Below, piece by piece: positions 19,177 through 29,209 of a DNA stretch of 64,000 bases (the stretch's first letter is position 1; every line of letters starts with the position of its first letter). The position numbers were made by a program, and so were the translations under genes. Under the pieces are notes generated by a model. The model did no database searches and was not told where the DNA came from. It was given only the letters and a program-made list of their open reading frames with translations. The stretch is from an uncultured Microthrixaceae bacterium (GTDB lineage: Bacteria; Actinomycetota; Acidimicrobiia; Acidimicrobiales; Microtrichaceae). The stretch is from contig CAWDVV010000001.1 in NCBI GenBank assembly GCA_963805905.1, positions 3,162,259 to 3,226,258 of the forward strand, given 5' to 3'.

Positions 19177-20079
19177 TCAACCGAGCCCGAGCGCGAGGGA
19201 GAGCCAACCGCCTTCGACCCGTTCGTCGAGTGGTTCGAGCGGCGCCAGTGCCGCCAGTGCCCGGTCCCGCTGGTCGGTGAGTAGCCCACCGACCACGACG
19301 GTTCCGCCGGGAGCAACGCTGCGGACGATCCACGGCCCCAGCTCCTCGATGATGGGGATCAACAGGTTGGCGGCAACAAGATCGAACGATGCGGGCGTTG
19401 CCTCCACGACTGCGGCGAGCGGGCTGTCGGATGACTCGAAGCTGTCGGCCATGCCGTTCGCCTCGGCGACCACGCAAGCGGCCTCGAGTGCTGCCGGGTC
19501 GGTGTCCAACCCCAGCGCGCCCACGGCACCGAGTCGAAGTGCTGCGACTGACAGCACGCCGCTGCCGCATCCCACATCCAGCATCCGTTCACCGCCCCGC
19601 GACGCGACGGCAAGGAGTTCCAGACACAATCGGGTGCTGACGTGGCTGCCCGAGCCGAACGCGCGACCCGGGTCGACCACCAACTCGATCGGGAAACGGT
19701 CGTCCTGATCCGCTCCACTGCCGGCCCGCAGAGCGGGGTCAGGTTCGGGTTCGGGGTCGACCCATGGTGGACGCACCACGAACGGGCCTGCCACGACTGC
19801 CGTTGCGTGCTCCCGCCAGGCGTCCGCCCATGTCGGATCCACCCGCGGGAACTCGACCCTCACGCGAGGGACCAGGCGGTCCACCCAGACCCGGAGGTCG
19901 TCCACCCGTTGGCGGTGGACATCGCCGGTCAGCCAGACCCGATCCATCGGGTCCGAACCGGCGCCCGGATCCTCGGCGACTGCCGACGCGCCGAACTGCA
20001 ACAGTCGGTCGGCCACCAGCTCAGCCTGTTCGCGGGTGCAGTTGATCCGCAGAACGGTCCGCGGTGTTGCTTCAGCCAC
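19177..20079 (-). CDS. prmA: ribosomal protein L11 methyltransferase-like (PrmA family)
   Basis: IELVVDPGRAFGSGSHVSTRLCLE...MLDVGCGSGVLSVAA...DLVAANLL. Start taken at GTG 20079. The rest of the 613-aa ORF is rejected. Confidence 0.75.
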   Translation of the reverse strand: MAEATPRTVLRINCTREQAELVADRLLQFGASAVAEDPGAGSDPMDRVWLTGDVHRQRVDDLRVWVDRLVPRVRVEFPRVDPTWADAWREHATAVVAGPFVVRPPWVDPEPEPDPALRAGSGADQDDRFPIELVVDPGRAFGSGSHVSTRLCLELLAVASRGGERMLDVGCGSGVLSVAALRLGAVGALGLDTDPAALEAACVVAEANGMADSFESSDSPLAAVVEATPASFDLVAANLLIPIIEELGPWIVRSVAPGGTVVVGGLLTDQRDRALAALAPLEPLDERVEGGWLSLALGLG

Positions 20080-20190
20080 ACTTGTCTCCCATGCTCGGCG
20101 ACCGAATCTTGCCCGACCCCCGATACCGGCGCCACCGTACAACGACTCGCGGAGGTCCACGGCGCGGCTGAGCCTCTCTAGGCTGTTGCG

Positions 20191-21246
20191 ATGATCCTGG
20201 CCATGGCCCCGGTGTTGAGGGCCGGATGTCTGGTTGTCGGCGTCGTCATCGTCGTGTCGGTCATCGGCTCTGCCGCGCGCACTGTGGTCCTTCCGCAGGG
20301 CCGCACTCCACGGATCGCCCGGACCACCTTCGCTGTGTCGAACTGGCTCGGCCGGTTCCTCGGCAGCGCGGTCCGCGCTCCGATGCGACGGCACAGGTTG
20401 ATGTCGGGTGTGCCGGCATTCGCGCTCTTGAGCATGCCGGTCACCTGGCTTACCGGCGCCCTGGTGGGCTTCACCTTCGTGTTCCGTGCACTGGGTGCCA
20501 ACACCTGGCGGCAGGCCTACGAAACCGCCGGGTCGAGCCTGTTCACGCTCGGCTTCACCAACCTGACCGGGTTCTGGGCCCTGAGCACCGAGTTCCTCGC
20601 AGCGGCGATCTCGATCTCGATCCTCGCCCTGCTGGTGGTCACATACCTGCCAACCATGTACAGCGTCTACAGCAGCCGCGAGGCCATTACGACCGCTTTC
20701 GAGACCGCTGCAGGGGTACCGCCCGAAGCCGCGGAAATGCTCTCGCGCCTCCACCGGATCGCAGGGCTGGAGCGCCTCGACGATGTCTGTAGCGATTGGC
20801 AGGAATGGTTCAACACCAGCCGCGAAACCCACACGGCAATTCCGATCGTGGTCCTGTTCCGATCGGCTGAGGCCGATCGATCCTGGGTGGTGACCGTAGC
20901 TGCGGTGCTCGACACCATGGCCCTTCGTATCTCGGCCATCGACGAACCCCATGACGCAACAGTGCCCCTGTGTATCCGTTCGGGCTATCTCTGCCTGCGA
21001 GACATCTGCCGGGCGCATCGGATCGCTTTCGACCCGGATCCAGCGCCCGATTCACCGATCGCCATCACGAAGGCAGATTTCTACGTGTCCTACGACAAGC
21101 TCTCAGACGCCGGGCTCCCCATGAATCCCCGGGAACAGGCATGGAAGGACTTCGCGGGGTGGCGGGTCAACTACGACTCGCTCATCGACTCGTTGTGCAC
21201 GTTCACCTCGACGGACCCACCAACTCTGTCAAAGCGGGCCGACTAG
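20191..21246 (+). CDS. hypothetical polytopic membrane protein
   Basis: Several TM helices in the N-terminal half and a soluble C-terminal half. Good coding composition. No family recognised. Confidence 0.6.
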   Translation: MILAMAPVLRAGCLVVGVVIVVSVIGSAARTVVLPQGRTPRIARTTFAVSNWLGRFLGSAVRAPMRRHRLMSGVPAFALLSMPVTWLTGALVGFTFVFRALGANTWRQAYETAGSSLFTLGFTNLTGFWALSTEFLAAAISISILALLVVTYLPTMYSVYSSREAITTAFETAAGVPPEAAEMLSRLHRIAGLERLDDVCSDWQEWFNTSRETHTAIPIVVLFRSAEADRSWVVTVAAVLDTMALRISAIDEPHDATVPLCIRSGYLCLRDICRAHRIAFDPDPAPDSPIAITKADFYVSYDKLSDAGLPMNPREQAWKDFAGWRVNYDSLIDSLCTFTSTDPPTLSKRAD

Positions 21247-21390
21247 ATCGAACCCCGCGAGAGCCACCCGTGTTGCGGTGGACAGGCTCACTTGGGGTAG
21301 TTGTTCCGGGGACATTAGGTTCGACACCTAGTAGATTTCTCAGGATCAGGTCGACGGGAGTCGACCCTCGACAACTCGGAGGCAGCGGGC

Positions 21391-22137
21391 ATGACCCAAG
21401 CCATTGAGCGCCCCGGAGCAGATGCTCCGGTGGTCAACAAGCCCCATGCGAAGAACAGGCCGTGGCCCGTTGAGTTCGCATCGTCAGCGGTGGGCAAGAA
21501 GTGGATCATGGCGCTCTCAGGGGTCGCCCTGATCGGCTTCGTGCTGGCGCACGCTTTCGGCAACCTCAAGATGTACTTCGGTCCCGAGCAGTACGACCAC
21601 TACGCCGAAGCGCTCCAGACGCTGTTCTACCCGATCATTCCCCGCACCTGGACCCTGTGGGCAATGCGGATCGGGCTGATCGTGGCGTTTGCAGCCCACA
21701 TTTCGTCGGCCTACTCACTGACCCGGATGAACATGGCGGCACGCCCGACCAGGTACGCGTCACCCCGCAACTACATCGCCGCCAACTTCGCCAGCCGTAC
21801 CATGCGCTGGACCGGCATCATCGTGGGGCTGTACCTCCTGTTCCACCTGGCAGACCTCTCCTGGGGGTTCGCCAACCCCGACTTCGTCCGCGGAGAGGTC
21901 TACGACAACGTTGTCGCCAGCTTCGATCGGTTGCCCGTGGCGATCATCTACATCCTCGCCAACATCGCTCTCGGGATACATCTGTTCCACGGATCGTGGT
22001 CGATGTTCCAGTCGATGGGACTCAACAGCCCCCAGTACAACGGCATCCGACGGTGGGTGGCTGCGGCCATCGCAATACCCGTCACACTACTGAACGTTTC
22101 GTTCCCCCTGGCGGTGACCTTCGGCCTCGTCGGCTGA
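21391..22137 (+). CDS. sdhC: succinate dehydrogenase/fumarate reductase cytochrome b subunit
   Basis: Five-TM protein with conserved His residues, immediately upstream of sdhA/sdhB. GGAGG RBS. Confidence 0.8.
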   Translation: MTQAIERPGADAPVVNKPHAKNRPWPVEFASSAVGKKWIMALSGVALIGFVLAHAFGNLKMYFGPEQYDHYAEALQTLFYPIIPRTWTLWAMRIGLIVAFAAHISSAYSLTRMNMAARPTRYASPRNYIAANFASRTMRWTGIIVGLYLLFHLADLSWGFANPDFVRGEVYDNVVASFDRLPVAIIYILANIALGIHLFHGSWSMFQSMGLNSPQYNGIRRWVAAAIAIPVTLLNVSFPLAVTFGLVG

Positions 22138-22265
22138 GCGGCGAGTCAGCCCCGGCCCACAGGTGAGCGCCCGGTGGCCAGGATCCGCCGGAACACCGCA
22201 GAGCATGACCACCATCGTCCAACACCACATTCGCAAGAACCAGATCCGCCAAGAAGGACTACCAA

Positions 22266-24194
22266 GTGACACTCACGCTTGATCCCAAGGTTCCCGAAGG
22301 TCCCCTCGAGGACAAGTGGGACAACTACAAGTTCGATCTCAAACTCGTTGCCCCCAACAACCGCCGCAAGTTCGAGGTGATCGTGGTCGGCACCGGCCTC
22401 GCGGGCGCCGCGGCGGCCGCCACCCTCGGTGAACTCGGCTACAACGTGAAGGTCTTCACGTACCACGACTCTCCCCGGCGGGCGCACTCGATCGCAGCCC
22501 AGGGTGGGATCAACTCGGCCAAGAACTACCCGAACGACGGAGACAGCGTCTTCCGCCTGTTCTACGACACGATCAAGGGCGGCGACTACCGCAGCCGCGA
22601 GTCCAACACCTACCGCCTGGCCCAGAACGCCCTCAACATCATCGACCAGGCAACCGCTCAGGGTGTGCCTTTCGCACGCGAGTACAGCGGCCTGCTGGCC
22701 AACCGCTCCTTCGGTGGCGCCCAGGTGTCACGCACGTTCTACGCCCGCGGTCAGACGGGCCAGCAGTTGTTGCTCGGCGCCTACCAGGCGCTGGCGCGCC
22801 AGATCCACCTCGGCACGGTGACTCTCCACAACCGCACAGAGATGCTCGATGTCGTGCTCAAGGACGGACGGGCGGTCGGTATCACCACCCGCGACCTCCT
22901 GACCGGCGAGCTCAGCGCCCATTCGGGCCATGCGGTGATGTTGTGCACCGGGGGCTACGGCAACGTCTACTACCTGTCGACGAACGCCATGGCCTGCAAC
23001 GTGAGTGCCACCTGGCGGGCACACCGCAAGGGTGCGGCGTTCGCCAACCCGTGTTACACGCAGATCCACCCGACGTGCATCCCGCCGTCGGACGAGAGCC
23101 AGTCCAAGCTCACCCTCATGAGTGAGTCGCTGCGCAACGACGGTCGTATCTGGGTGCCCGAGGGGATCGACGACGAACGCCATGCGTCCGAGATTCCCAA
23201 GGAAGAGCGCGACTACTACCTGGAACGCAAGTACCCCGCCTTCGGCAACCTGGTCCCACGCGACGTCGCCTCCCGCAACGCGAAGACGGTCGTGGATCAG
23301 GGTCACGGCGTGGGTCCGCTGCACAACGGCGTGTTCCTCGATTTCTCCGACGCCATCGAGCGCCACGGCCGCGAAACGATCCAGGAGCGCTACGGCAACC
23401 TCTTCGACATGTACGAGCGCATCACGGGTGAGAACCCCTACGAGCGCCCGATGCGCATCTACCCCGCCACCCACTACACGATGGGCGGGCTGTGGGTCGA
23501 CTACAACCTGCAGACCACCATCCCGGGGTTGTTCGCCCTCGGTGAATGCAACTTCTCCGACCACGGTGCCAACCGGTTGGGGGCGTCCGCTCTCATGCAG
23601 GGCCTCTCGGACGGCTACTTCATCGGACCGTCCACGGTTGCGGGATATCTTGCGGGCTGGCTCGGCACCGAGGCGGTCCCGACCGACGACGCAGCGTTCA
23701 CCGAATCACTCGACGAGACCCGTGGCCGAATCGACCGGGTCATGAGCGTGGGTGGAACCTCATCGGTGGACACCTACCACCGCGAGCTGGGCAAGATCGT
23801 GTGGAACTACATCGGCATGAGCCGCAACGAAGCCGGCCTGGAGAAGGCGCTGTCGGAGATCCCAGCACTGCGCGAGGAGTTCTGGAACGACGTGCGGGTA
23901 CCTGGACGCGCCGACGGGGTGAACCAGTCGCTCGAGAACGCACTCCGTGTTGCCGACTTCATGGAACTGGCGGAACTGAAGGCAAAGGACGCACTCCACC
24001 GTGAGGAATCCTGCGGCTGCCACTTCCGCGAGGAGAGCCAGACCGAAGAGGGCGAAGCCAAGCGCGACGACGAACACTTCAAGTACGTCGCTGCTTGGGA
24101 GTGGGGTGGCGAGGACATCCAGCGAGACGCCATCTTGAACAAGGAACCGCTCGAGTTCGAAGCGGTCGAGCTGACCCAGCGCAATTACAAGTGA
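22266..24194 (+). CDS. sdhA: succinate dehydrogenase/fumarate reductase flavoprotein subunit
   Basis: FAD dinucleotide fold [14 protein letters not shown]. The [12 protein letters not shown] covalent-FAD His context. HYTMGG motif. Confidence 0.95.
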   Translation: MTLTLDPKVPEGPLEDKWDNYKFDLKLVAPNNRRKFEVIVVGTGLAGAAAAATLGELGYNVKVFTYHDSPRRAHSIAAQGGINSAKNYPNDGDSVFRLFYDTIKGGDYRSRESNTYRLAQNALNIIDQATAQGVPFAREYSGLLANRSFGGAQVSRTFYARGQTGQQLLLGAYQALARQIHLGTVTLHNRTEMLDVVLKDGRAVGITTRDLLTGELSAHSGHAVMLCTGGYGNVYYLSTNAMACNVSATWRAHRKGAAFANPCYTQIHPTCIPPSDESQSKLTLMSESLRNDGRIWVPEGIDDERHASEIPKEERDYYLERKYPAFGNLVPRDVASRNAKTVVDQGHGVGPLHNGVFLDFSDAIERHGRETIQERYGNLFDMYERITGENPYERPMRIYPATHYTMGGLWVDYNLQTTIPGLFALGECNFSDHGANRLGASALMQGLSDGYFIGPSTVAGYLAGWLGTEAVPTDDAAFTESLDETRGRIDRVMSVGGTSSVDTYHRELGKIVWNYIGMSRNEAGLEKALSEIPALREEFWNDVRVPGRADGVNQSLENALRVADFMELAELKAKDALHREESCGCHFREESQTEEGEAKRDDEHFKYVAAWEWGGEDIQRDAILNKEPLEFEAVELTQRNYK

Positions 24195-24201
24195 GGCATT
24201 C

Positions 24202-24978
24202 ATGAACGTGCTCAAACTCAGCCTGCAGATCTGGCGCCAGGATGGCCCCGACGCGTCCGGCGGCTTCGAGACCTACGACGTCGAGATTCCCGACGACGCC
24301 TCGTTCCTCGAGATGCTCGACAAGGTCAACGAGGAACTCTTCCAGGCCGGCAAGGAGCCGATCACCTTCGACCACGATTGTCGCGAAGGTATCTGCGGCA
24401 CCTGCGGCGTGATGATCGACGGCCAGGCCCACGGCCCCCAGAAGGGCACGGCGACCTGTCAGCTCCACATGCGACAGTTCCAGAGCGGCCAGACCATCAA
24501 GGTGGAACCGTGGCGGGCTGCCGGGTTCCCGGTGATCAAGGACCTGATGGTCAACCGAGCGGCGTTCGACCGCATCGTCGAGTCCGGCGGCTACATAGCG
24601 GTGACCACCGGCGCTGCACCCGACGCGAACGAGATCCTCATTCCCAAGGAAGCCGCCGACTCCGCCATGGATGCCGCAGCATGCATCGGTTGTGGCGCCT
24701 GCGTGGCGGCATGTCCCAACTCGGCTGCGAACCTGTTCACCGCGGCCAAGATGCAGCACCTCAACCTGTTGCCCCAAGGTCAGTCGGAGCGTTGGGAACG
24801 CTCCGAGGCAATGGTCGAGAAGATGGAGGAGTTCTTCGGCTCCTGCACCAACCATGGCGAATGCCAGGAAGCGTGCCCCAAGGAGATCTCGATCGACTTC
24901 ATCGCCATGATGAACCGCGACTACCTGAAGGCGAAACTGGTCAACCGACGCCGCACCGGAGAGGCCAAGGTTGGCTGA
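24202..24978 (+). CDS. sdhB: succinate dehydrogenase/fumarate reductase iron-sulfur subunit
   Basis: Cys clusters [22 protein letters not shown] and [12 protein letters not shown]. Confidence 0.9.
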   Translation: MNVLKLSLQIWRQDGPDASGGFETYDVEIPDDASFLEMLDKVNEELFQAGKEPITFDHDCREGICGTCGVMIDGQAHGPQKGTATCQLHMRQFQSGQTIKVEPWRAAGFPVIKDLMVNRAAFDRIVESGGYIAVTTGAAPDANEILIPKEAADSAMDAAACIGCGACVAACPNSAANLFTAAKMQHLNLLPQGQSERWERSEAMVEKMEEFFGSCTNHGECQEACPKEISIDFIAMMNRDYLKAKLVNRRRTGEAKVG

Positions 24979-24988
24979 GCGCTGCGGC

Positions 24989-25098
24989 GCAACCCGACAC
25001 AGCACGCCGACCGGGGGTGCTGCAACCCGACACAGCACGCCGACCCGGGGGCTGAACCCGAGCAGCACGCCGACCCGGGGTGCTGCAACTCAACACGG
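24989..25098. repeat. ~32-bp tandem repeat, about 3.4 units, each able to form a CAGCAC...GTGCTG hairpin
   Basis: GCAACCCGACACAGCACGCCGACCGGGGGTGCT is repeated with small variations directly after the sdhB stop. Confidence 0.85.
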
Positions 25099-25116
25099 AA
25101 GGCTGGATAGACCCCC

Positions 25117-25611
25117 ATGCGCCTGCGATACGCCTTACTGATCGCCATAGTCGGATTCGGAGTCGTGTTGGTTCCGGCTTGTTCGAACGGCGATACGGGG
25201 ACCACCGCCGTGGAGCGGTCATCCACCACGACACAACCAGATGATTCGACCGATCCGGGATCGACCGCAGAGGAGTCAACTGATTCCACCTCCGTCGATC
25301 CGGAATCCGACGTGACGTCCTCGGGACAGTTGGTCGACTGCTTCAAGCAGGCTTCTACCTTCTCGAAGATGTTCACCGGCATTCTCACCAGCCCGGACAC
25401 CGCGAAGGATGCCCAACTGCAGGCCGAGGAACTCAAGAAGGTGCTCCCGGAGAACCTCCACGATGACATCGACGTGATCTCGAAGGCCATTGGTGAGGTT
25501 GCCGAAAAGGGCGTCGCCAATGGATCCGAGGCCATGGGCACACCGGAGTACGAATCCGCAGTGAGAGCTATCGGCGACTACTTCGCCAAGGAATGCCCCG
25601 GGGGCAACTGA
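25117..25611 (+). CDS. putative secreted lipoprotein
   Basis: Signal peptide with a lipobox-like LVPAC, then a Ser/Thr/Asp-rich linker. Function unknown. Confidence 0.55.
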   Translation: MRLRYALLIAIVGFGVVLVPACSNGDTGTTAVERSSTTTQPDDSTDPGSTAEESTDSTSVDPESDVTSSGQLVDCFKQASTFSKMFTGILTSPDTAKDAQLQAEELKKVLPENLHDDIDVISKAIGEVAEKGVANGSEAMGTPEYESAVRAIGDYFAKECPGGN

Positions 25612-26069
25612 TGAATGCACCGCCGCCGTCGGCGCCGGGTCCGGAGTCACCGCAGCCCCAACAGCCTCGACCGCGAGCCGACCCTTCCGAGGTCTCGATG
25701 CTCGGACGTCGCGTCGAGGACCACGAGTACGGACGGCTCGAGTTCTTCGCGGTCACCCGCCCTGTCCGGGTCACATTCCGAACCGACGAGCTCGAGGCAC
25801 TGTGCCCTGCTGTCGAGGGACTCCAACCCGACATCTACTCAGCAGAGATCGCCTACACGGCCGTGACCCATGCGATCGAGTCCAAGTCTCTCAAGCTCTG
25901 GCTGGTGACGTTCAGGGACCGTCGGATCTTCGCGGAGCACCTGGCCGTCGAGCTCCACGACCACATATGCGCACAGGCACCAGCGGTTGGCGACGTGACG
26001 GTGCGATTGGAACAGAACGCCCGCGGCGGGATCACCACCGTCGTGGAGCATCCACCTCCATCGATCTGA
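25611..26069 (+). CDS. queF: NADPH-dependent 7-cyano-7-deazaguanine (preQ0) reductase
   Basis: Catalytic Cys context EALCPAVEGLQPD. QueF motif IESKSLKLWLVTFR. The ATG overlaps the upstream TGA. Confidence 0.8.
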   Translation: MNAPPPSAPGPESPQPQQPRPRADPSEVSMLGRRVEDHEYGRLEFFAVTRPVRVTFRTDELEALCPAVEGLQPDIYSAEIAYTAVTHAIESKSLKLWLVTFRDRRIFAEHLAVELHDHICAQAPAVGDVTVRLEQNARGGITTVVEHPPPSI

Positions 26070-26525
26070 GTTGCCGCTCCCGGTCGCAGAGCCTTGTAGG
26101 CCCACCGGCCCATCCCGGTCAGGGAAGGTCTACCCGTGGAAGTTCCCTCCTGTCGGTCGTATGGTTTTCTACAACGAGCGATCGACGGTACGGACCTTCC
26201 GGATTGCTCCAGAGAACGTCCCGGTCACACCGGGGTGGAGGGGGTTTCGGGGGCGGTTTGGATGCGCAAGGGCAGCGCATCCAGACGCCCCAATTTCGAA
26301 GACCGGTCTTCTGGGGGAGCAGCTCCTGAAAGCCGATTTCCGGAATCCCGGGAACACAGATCCTCCCTCTGTAGGAATCGGCTCGCTATCCACACGGCCG
26401 CGGACCCCTGTGTCCGATGCACCGCTAACGTTCGTCCGCCGCCAACCAGGGCGGTCCGGCTCCAGTTCAGCCGGTTCGATTTCCCCTGGTGACACCTGAC
26501 CATTCCTCTCGACTGGAGCCCACGG

Positions 26526-27170
26526 GTGCCGATAGGCAAGGGTGAGACCACGTCGAGGCGGTATGGAGACAGCGACACGATGGGCGACAGGGTGAAGAGC
26601 GAGAAATCCACCGGCGAGGTGTCGGCCAAGGCATTCTCGAAAGCACTCGAGGCTGCCAAGACCGCCGAAGAGCGCGCAGTCAGGGCTGAAGAGCGCGCAG
26701 CCAAGGCGATCGACAAATCCGCACGTGCGAAGAAGAAGGCGAAACGTTCGAAGAAGAGGGCCCGTAGGGCCGACCAGCGCTCCGATCTCGCCCAGGATCG
26801 CGCCGATCGTGCCCTGTCGAAGACCCGCCGGTGGAAGCACCGTGCCAGGAATGCGGAGACACAGGTCGCGGTGCTGCAACACCTCAACGCGCAACTGACC
26901 GCCAGCTACCGCGAGGATCGGGCCGCTGACGCCACAGCGCTGCATTTCGCCACCGAAGCGGTCGCTGCATTCGCGGCCGACGCGGTGGCCCTGCGCGAGA
27001 TCAGCGGCGGGGAGGACTGCTCGGACTATCTCGATCACCTGACATTCAGGTTGCGACAGAACCTGCTCGAAGCCCGTTCGTTCCTCGACGAACTGGGTGA
27101 GGTGGGCCACTCCGCCGATCTCGCCGACATGCTCAACACTCTTCCGCCCGACAACTCCCACCGCGGCTGA
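26526..27170 (+). CDS. hypothetical coiled-coil protein with Lys/Arg-rich segment
   Basis: AKAFSKALEAAKTAEERAVRAEERAAKAIDKSARAKKKAKRSKKRARRADQ.... It is preferred over the overlapping antisense ORFs on composition. The start is uncertain (ATG 26580 also possible). Confidence 0.45.
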   Translation: MPIGKGETTSRRYGDSDTMGDRVKSEKSTGEVSAKAFSKALEAAKTAEERAVRAEERAAKAIDKSARAKKKAKRSKKRARRADQRSDLAQDRADRALSKTRRWKHRARNAETQVAVLQHLNAQLTASYREDRAADATALHFATEAVAAFAADAVALREISGGEDCSDYLDHLTFRLRQNLLEARSFLDELGEVGHSADLADMLNTLPPDNSHRG

Positions 27171-27236
27171 TCAACGCGGCCCCGCGCCGCTCGTTCCCTC
27201 CCCCGCGTCCGCTCGATCCCCCTCGCCGCGCCGCTC

Positions 27237-27285
27237 GTTCTGTGGGGCGTGCGTGGCGCTCAGCGCCACGCACGCCCCACAGAAC
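27237..27285. repeat. 49-bp palindromic element, copy 2 (perfect)
   Basis: GTTCTGTGGGGCGTGCGTGGCGC-TCA-GCGCCACGCACGCCCCACAGAAC, between convergent genes. Confidence 0.95.
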
Positions 27286-27326
27286 ATCCCTTGTTCAGTT
27301 CTGTGCCCGGACACGGACCGACAGGA

Positions 27327-28262
27327 TCACGCTTCAGGCGGCTGGTTCCACTCGATCCAACCGCCTCCGGTGCGGCCATCGGCATTGTCGTAACGTGCCA
27401 AGGCGCGTGGGAACCGATCGAGTCGACCGTCGCTCGGATGGACCAGACCCACCGGGGAGAAGGCCAGCGGCGTGACGGTCAGATCCAGACCGCTGTACGC
27501 AATCGTGGAGCGTTCCGGCAGGCGGTCGTCGCCCTCGATAGTGCTCTGGACCACTGAATCCGACTCCAGGAACTCGGCGCTGTCGGGGTCCAATCGGTAG
27601 CTCACACCCCAGTCGCTACTGGGATCAACACCACCAGTGCTGTGAAAGCGCGTGCCATCGTTGAGACGTCCGGCGGACCACAACCAGGTGTTGGCCCACC
27701 AGTCCCGCGCCGCGCCCCATGAATGGTCACGTTGACCCCACCCGTCGACGTTGATCCGTTCGTCACCCACCATGACCACACCGTGAACCCTGCACGGGAT
27801 TTCATAGCGAGGAGTGATCGCCGGCCACATGTAGCCGGCGCGATCGGTGTCCCAGTCGAGTTCGAAGCCGAATGGCACACGGTCACCCCTGGGACCACCT
27901 TCCCGATACATCTCGGCAGGGTCCTCGATTGCCAGACCGAACGCTTCGAGGTTGGCGGTCATGTGGTCGAGCGGGACCTCGACCGTGTGATCCGCCCACA
28001 GGCCGTCATGGCGAACCTCGAGTGATTGCTCACCCCGGGGCATGCGCACATCGTTGTCCACCACCGTCACCAGGGGCCGGCCCTCGCCGACGAGACACGC
28101 CCAGTACCAGACCCGATCCAGGTTGGGATAGAAGCCGATCCGGATGTATCCGCCCAACGACAGGTCCTCGGTGAACCAGTCGAGGTAGTACGACTCGTTC
28201 CAGAGTTCTACATCGGGGTCGACGCTGTGGCGGGATTCATCGGCAGGGTCAATCGCTGGCAT
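27327..28262 (-). CDS. hypothetical protein (311 aa), bracketed by palindrome copies 2 and 3
   Basis: Start is ATG 28262 (MPAIDPADESRH...). Trp/Asp-rich soluble protein (WNESYYLDWF, GWGQRDHSWGAARDWWANTWLW). Family not confidently recognised. Confidence 0.65.
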   Translation of the reverse strand: MPAIDPADESRHSVDPDVELWNESYYLDWFTEDLSLGGYIRIGFYPNLDRVWYWACLVGEGRPLVTVVDNDVRMPRGEQSLEVRHDGLWADHTVEVPLDHMTANLEAFGLAIEDPAEMYREGGPRGDRVPFGFELDWDTDRAGYMWPAITPRYEIPCRVHGVVMVGDERINVDGWGQRDHSWGAARDWWANTWLWSAGRLNDGTRFHSTGGVDPSSDWGVSYRLDPDSAEFLESDSVVQSTIEGDDRLPERSTIAYSGLDLTVTPLAFSPVGLVHPSDGRLDRFPRALARYDNADGRTGGGWIEWNQPPEA

Positions 28263-28299
28263 CCAGGCAGTATGGCCCACAACCGGATCCAGGGTCCTC

Positions 28300-28348
28300 G
28301 TTCTGTGTGGTGTGCGTGGCGCTGAGCGCCACGCACACCACACAGAAC
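28300..28348. repeat. 49-bp palindromic element, copy 3 (perfect; identical to copy 4)
   Basis: GTTCTGTGTGGTGTGCGTGGCGC-TGA-GCGCCACGCACACCACACAGAAC, between divergent gene starts 28262 and 28376. Confidence 0.95.
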
Positions 28349-28375
28349 GGACGGGAGAACAGGTAGAGTCGTGCC

Positions 28376-28792
28376 GTGCAGTACCTCAGCGACGAGTGGA
28401 TCGAGGCCGCCGACTCCGCATTGGCCAAGGCCTGGGCTTCGACCGAATCTCAACAGTCGGCAGACCTTGACACCGGCAACGAGCTCCCGGCCAGTACGAC
28501 CGTCGGCTACTCCATCACGGCAGCTCCTCAGGGCAAGGCCATCTACCACGTGTTCGTCGGTGAGAACGGGGCCGGGGTCGCCAAGGGCAAGCCCGAGGGC
28601 GAAGCCGATGCCACCATGGAGCTCGACTACGACACCGCTACCCAGATCGCCCGCGGCGAGACCTCTCCCCAGGTCACGTTCATGCAGGGCCGGCTGAAGC
28701 TGGGCGGTGACGTCACGCTGTTGATCAAAGGCGCTCAGCGCCTCAACACGATCAGTTCGGCCATCGATTCAATTCCCGGGGTCGAATACTGA
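28376..28792 (+). CDS. SCP2 sterol-carrier-like domain protein
   Basis: MQYLSDEWIEAADSAL... and FMQGRLKLGGDVTLLIKGAQRLN are typical of SCP-2 domains. GTG start. Confidence 0.75.
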   Translation: MQYLSDEWIEAADSALAKAWASTESQQSADLDTGNELPASTTVGYSITAAPQGKAIYHVFVGENGAGVAKGKPEGEADATMELDYDTATQIARGETSPQVTFMQGRLKLGGDVTLLIKGAQRLNTISSAIDSIPGVEY

Positions 28793-28883
28793 GCGCTCCC
28801 GAGCGCTGACCCTGTCCGATACCGGGCCGGCACGAGAACCAAATGGAAGACTCTGACAGACCCAGCGACGAAGAAGGCCCGAC

Positions 28884-29150
28884 ATGTTGAGTGGCAACGA
28901 GTGGTTGATCATCATCATCGGTCTCCTGCCGATTGCGCTGATCGTCGCATTGGTCGTGTTCCTGGTGAGCCGATCATCGCGTTCGACACAGACGGCACCA
29001 CAAGCTACCGGCTCCCTCACGGACAGCGGTGCGACTCCGGCTGGATGGTTCCCCGATCCATCGGGACGACACCAGCGCCGCTATTGGGACGGCATCTCGT
29101 GGACCCAACACGTGAACGACAATGGTCAACCGGGGGTCGATCCTCCCTGA
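28884..29150 (+). CDS. small membrane-anchored DUF2510-like protein
   Basis: N-terminal TM helix, then PAGWFPDPSGRHQRRYWDGISWTQHV (GW[YF]PDP...RYWDG..WT signature). Confidence 0.7.
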   Translation: MLSGNEWLIIIIGLLPIALIVALVVFLVSRSSRSTQTAPQATGSLTDSGATPAGWFPDPSGRHQRRYWDGISWTQHVNDNGQPGVDPP

Positions 29151-29209
29151 GACCACAGAGCCCTTGAGACCACAGAGCCATGCCGCACCACGGGAGATAG
29201 CGTGAGGAT

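Noticed and set aside
18983-19570. A 195-aa minus-strand ORF downstream of and overlapping prmA. I checked whether an rsmE-like gene follows prmA.
   Set aside because: The translation is extremely Arg-rich and overlaps the prmA coding region. None of the three minus frames in 18940-19176 gave an RsmE-like sequence.
20080-21018. The upstream 313 codons of the 613-aa minus-strand ORF 19177..21018.
   Set aside because: Only the C-terminal 300 aa is PrmA-like. The upstream part is Arg/Gly/His-rich and lies antisense to a convincing + strand membrane-protein gene (20191..21246).
26440-26510. GGTTCGATTTCC resembles a tRNA/tmRNA T-loop, and the upstream region starts with G-runs, so I considered a tRNA or tmRNA.
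   Set aside because: The flanking bases cannot form a T-stem or an acceptor stem. No anticodon arm or tag-peptide reading frame ending in Ala-Ala-stop could be found.
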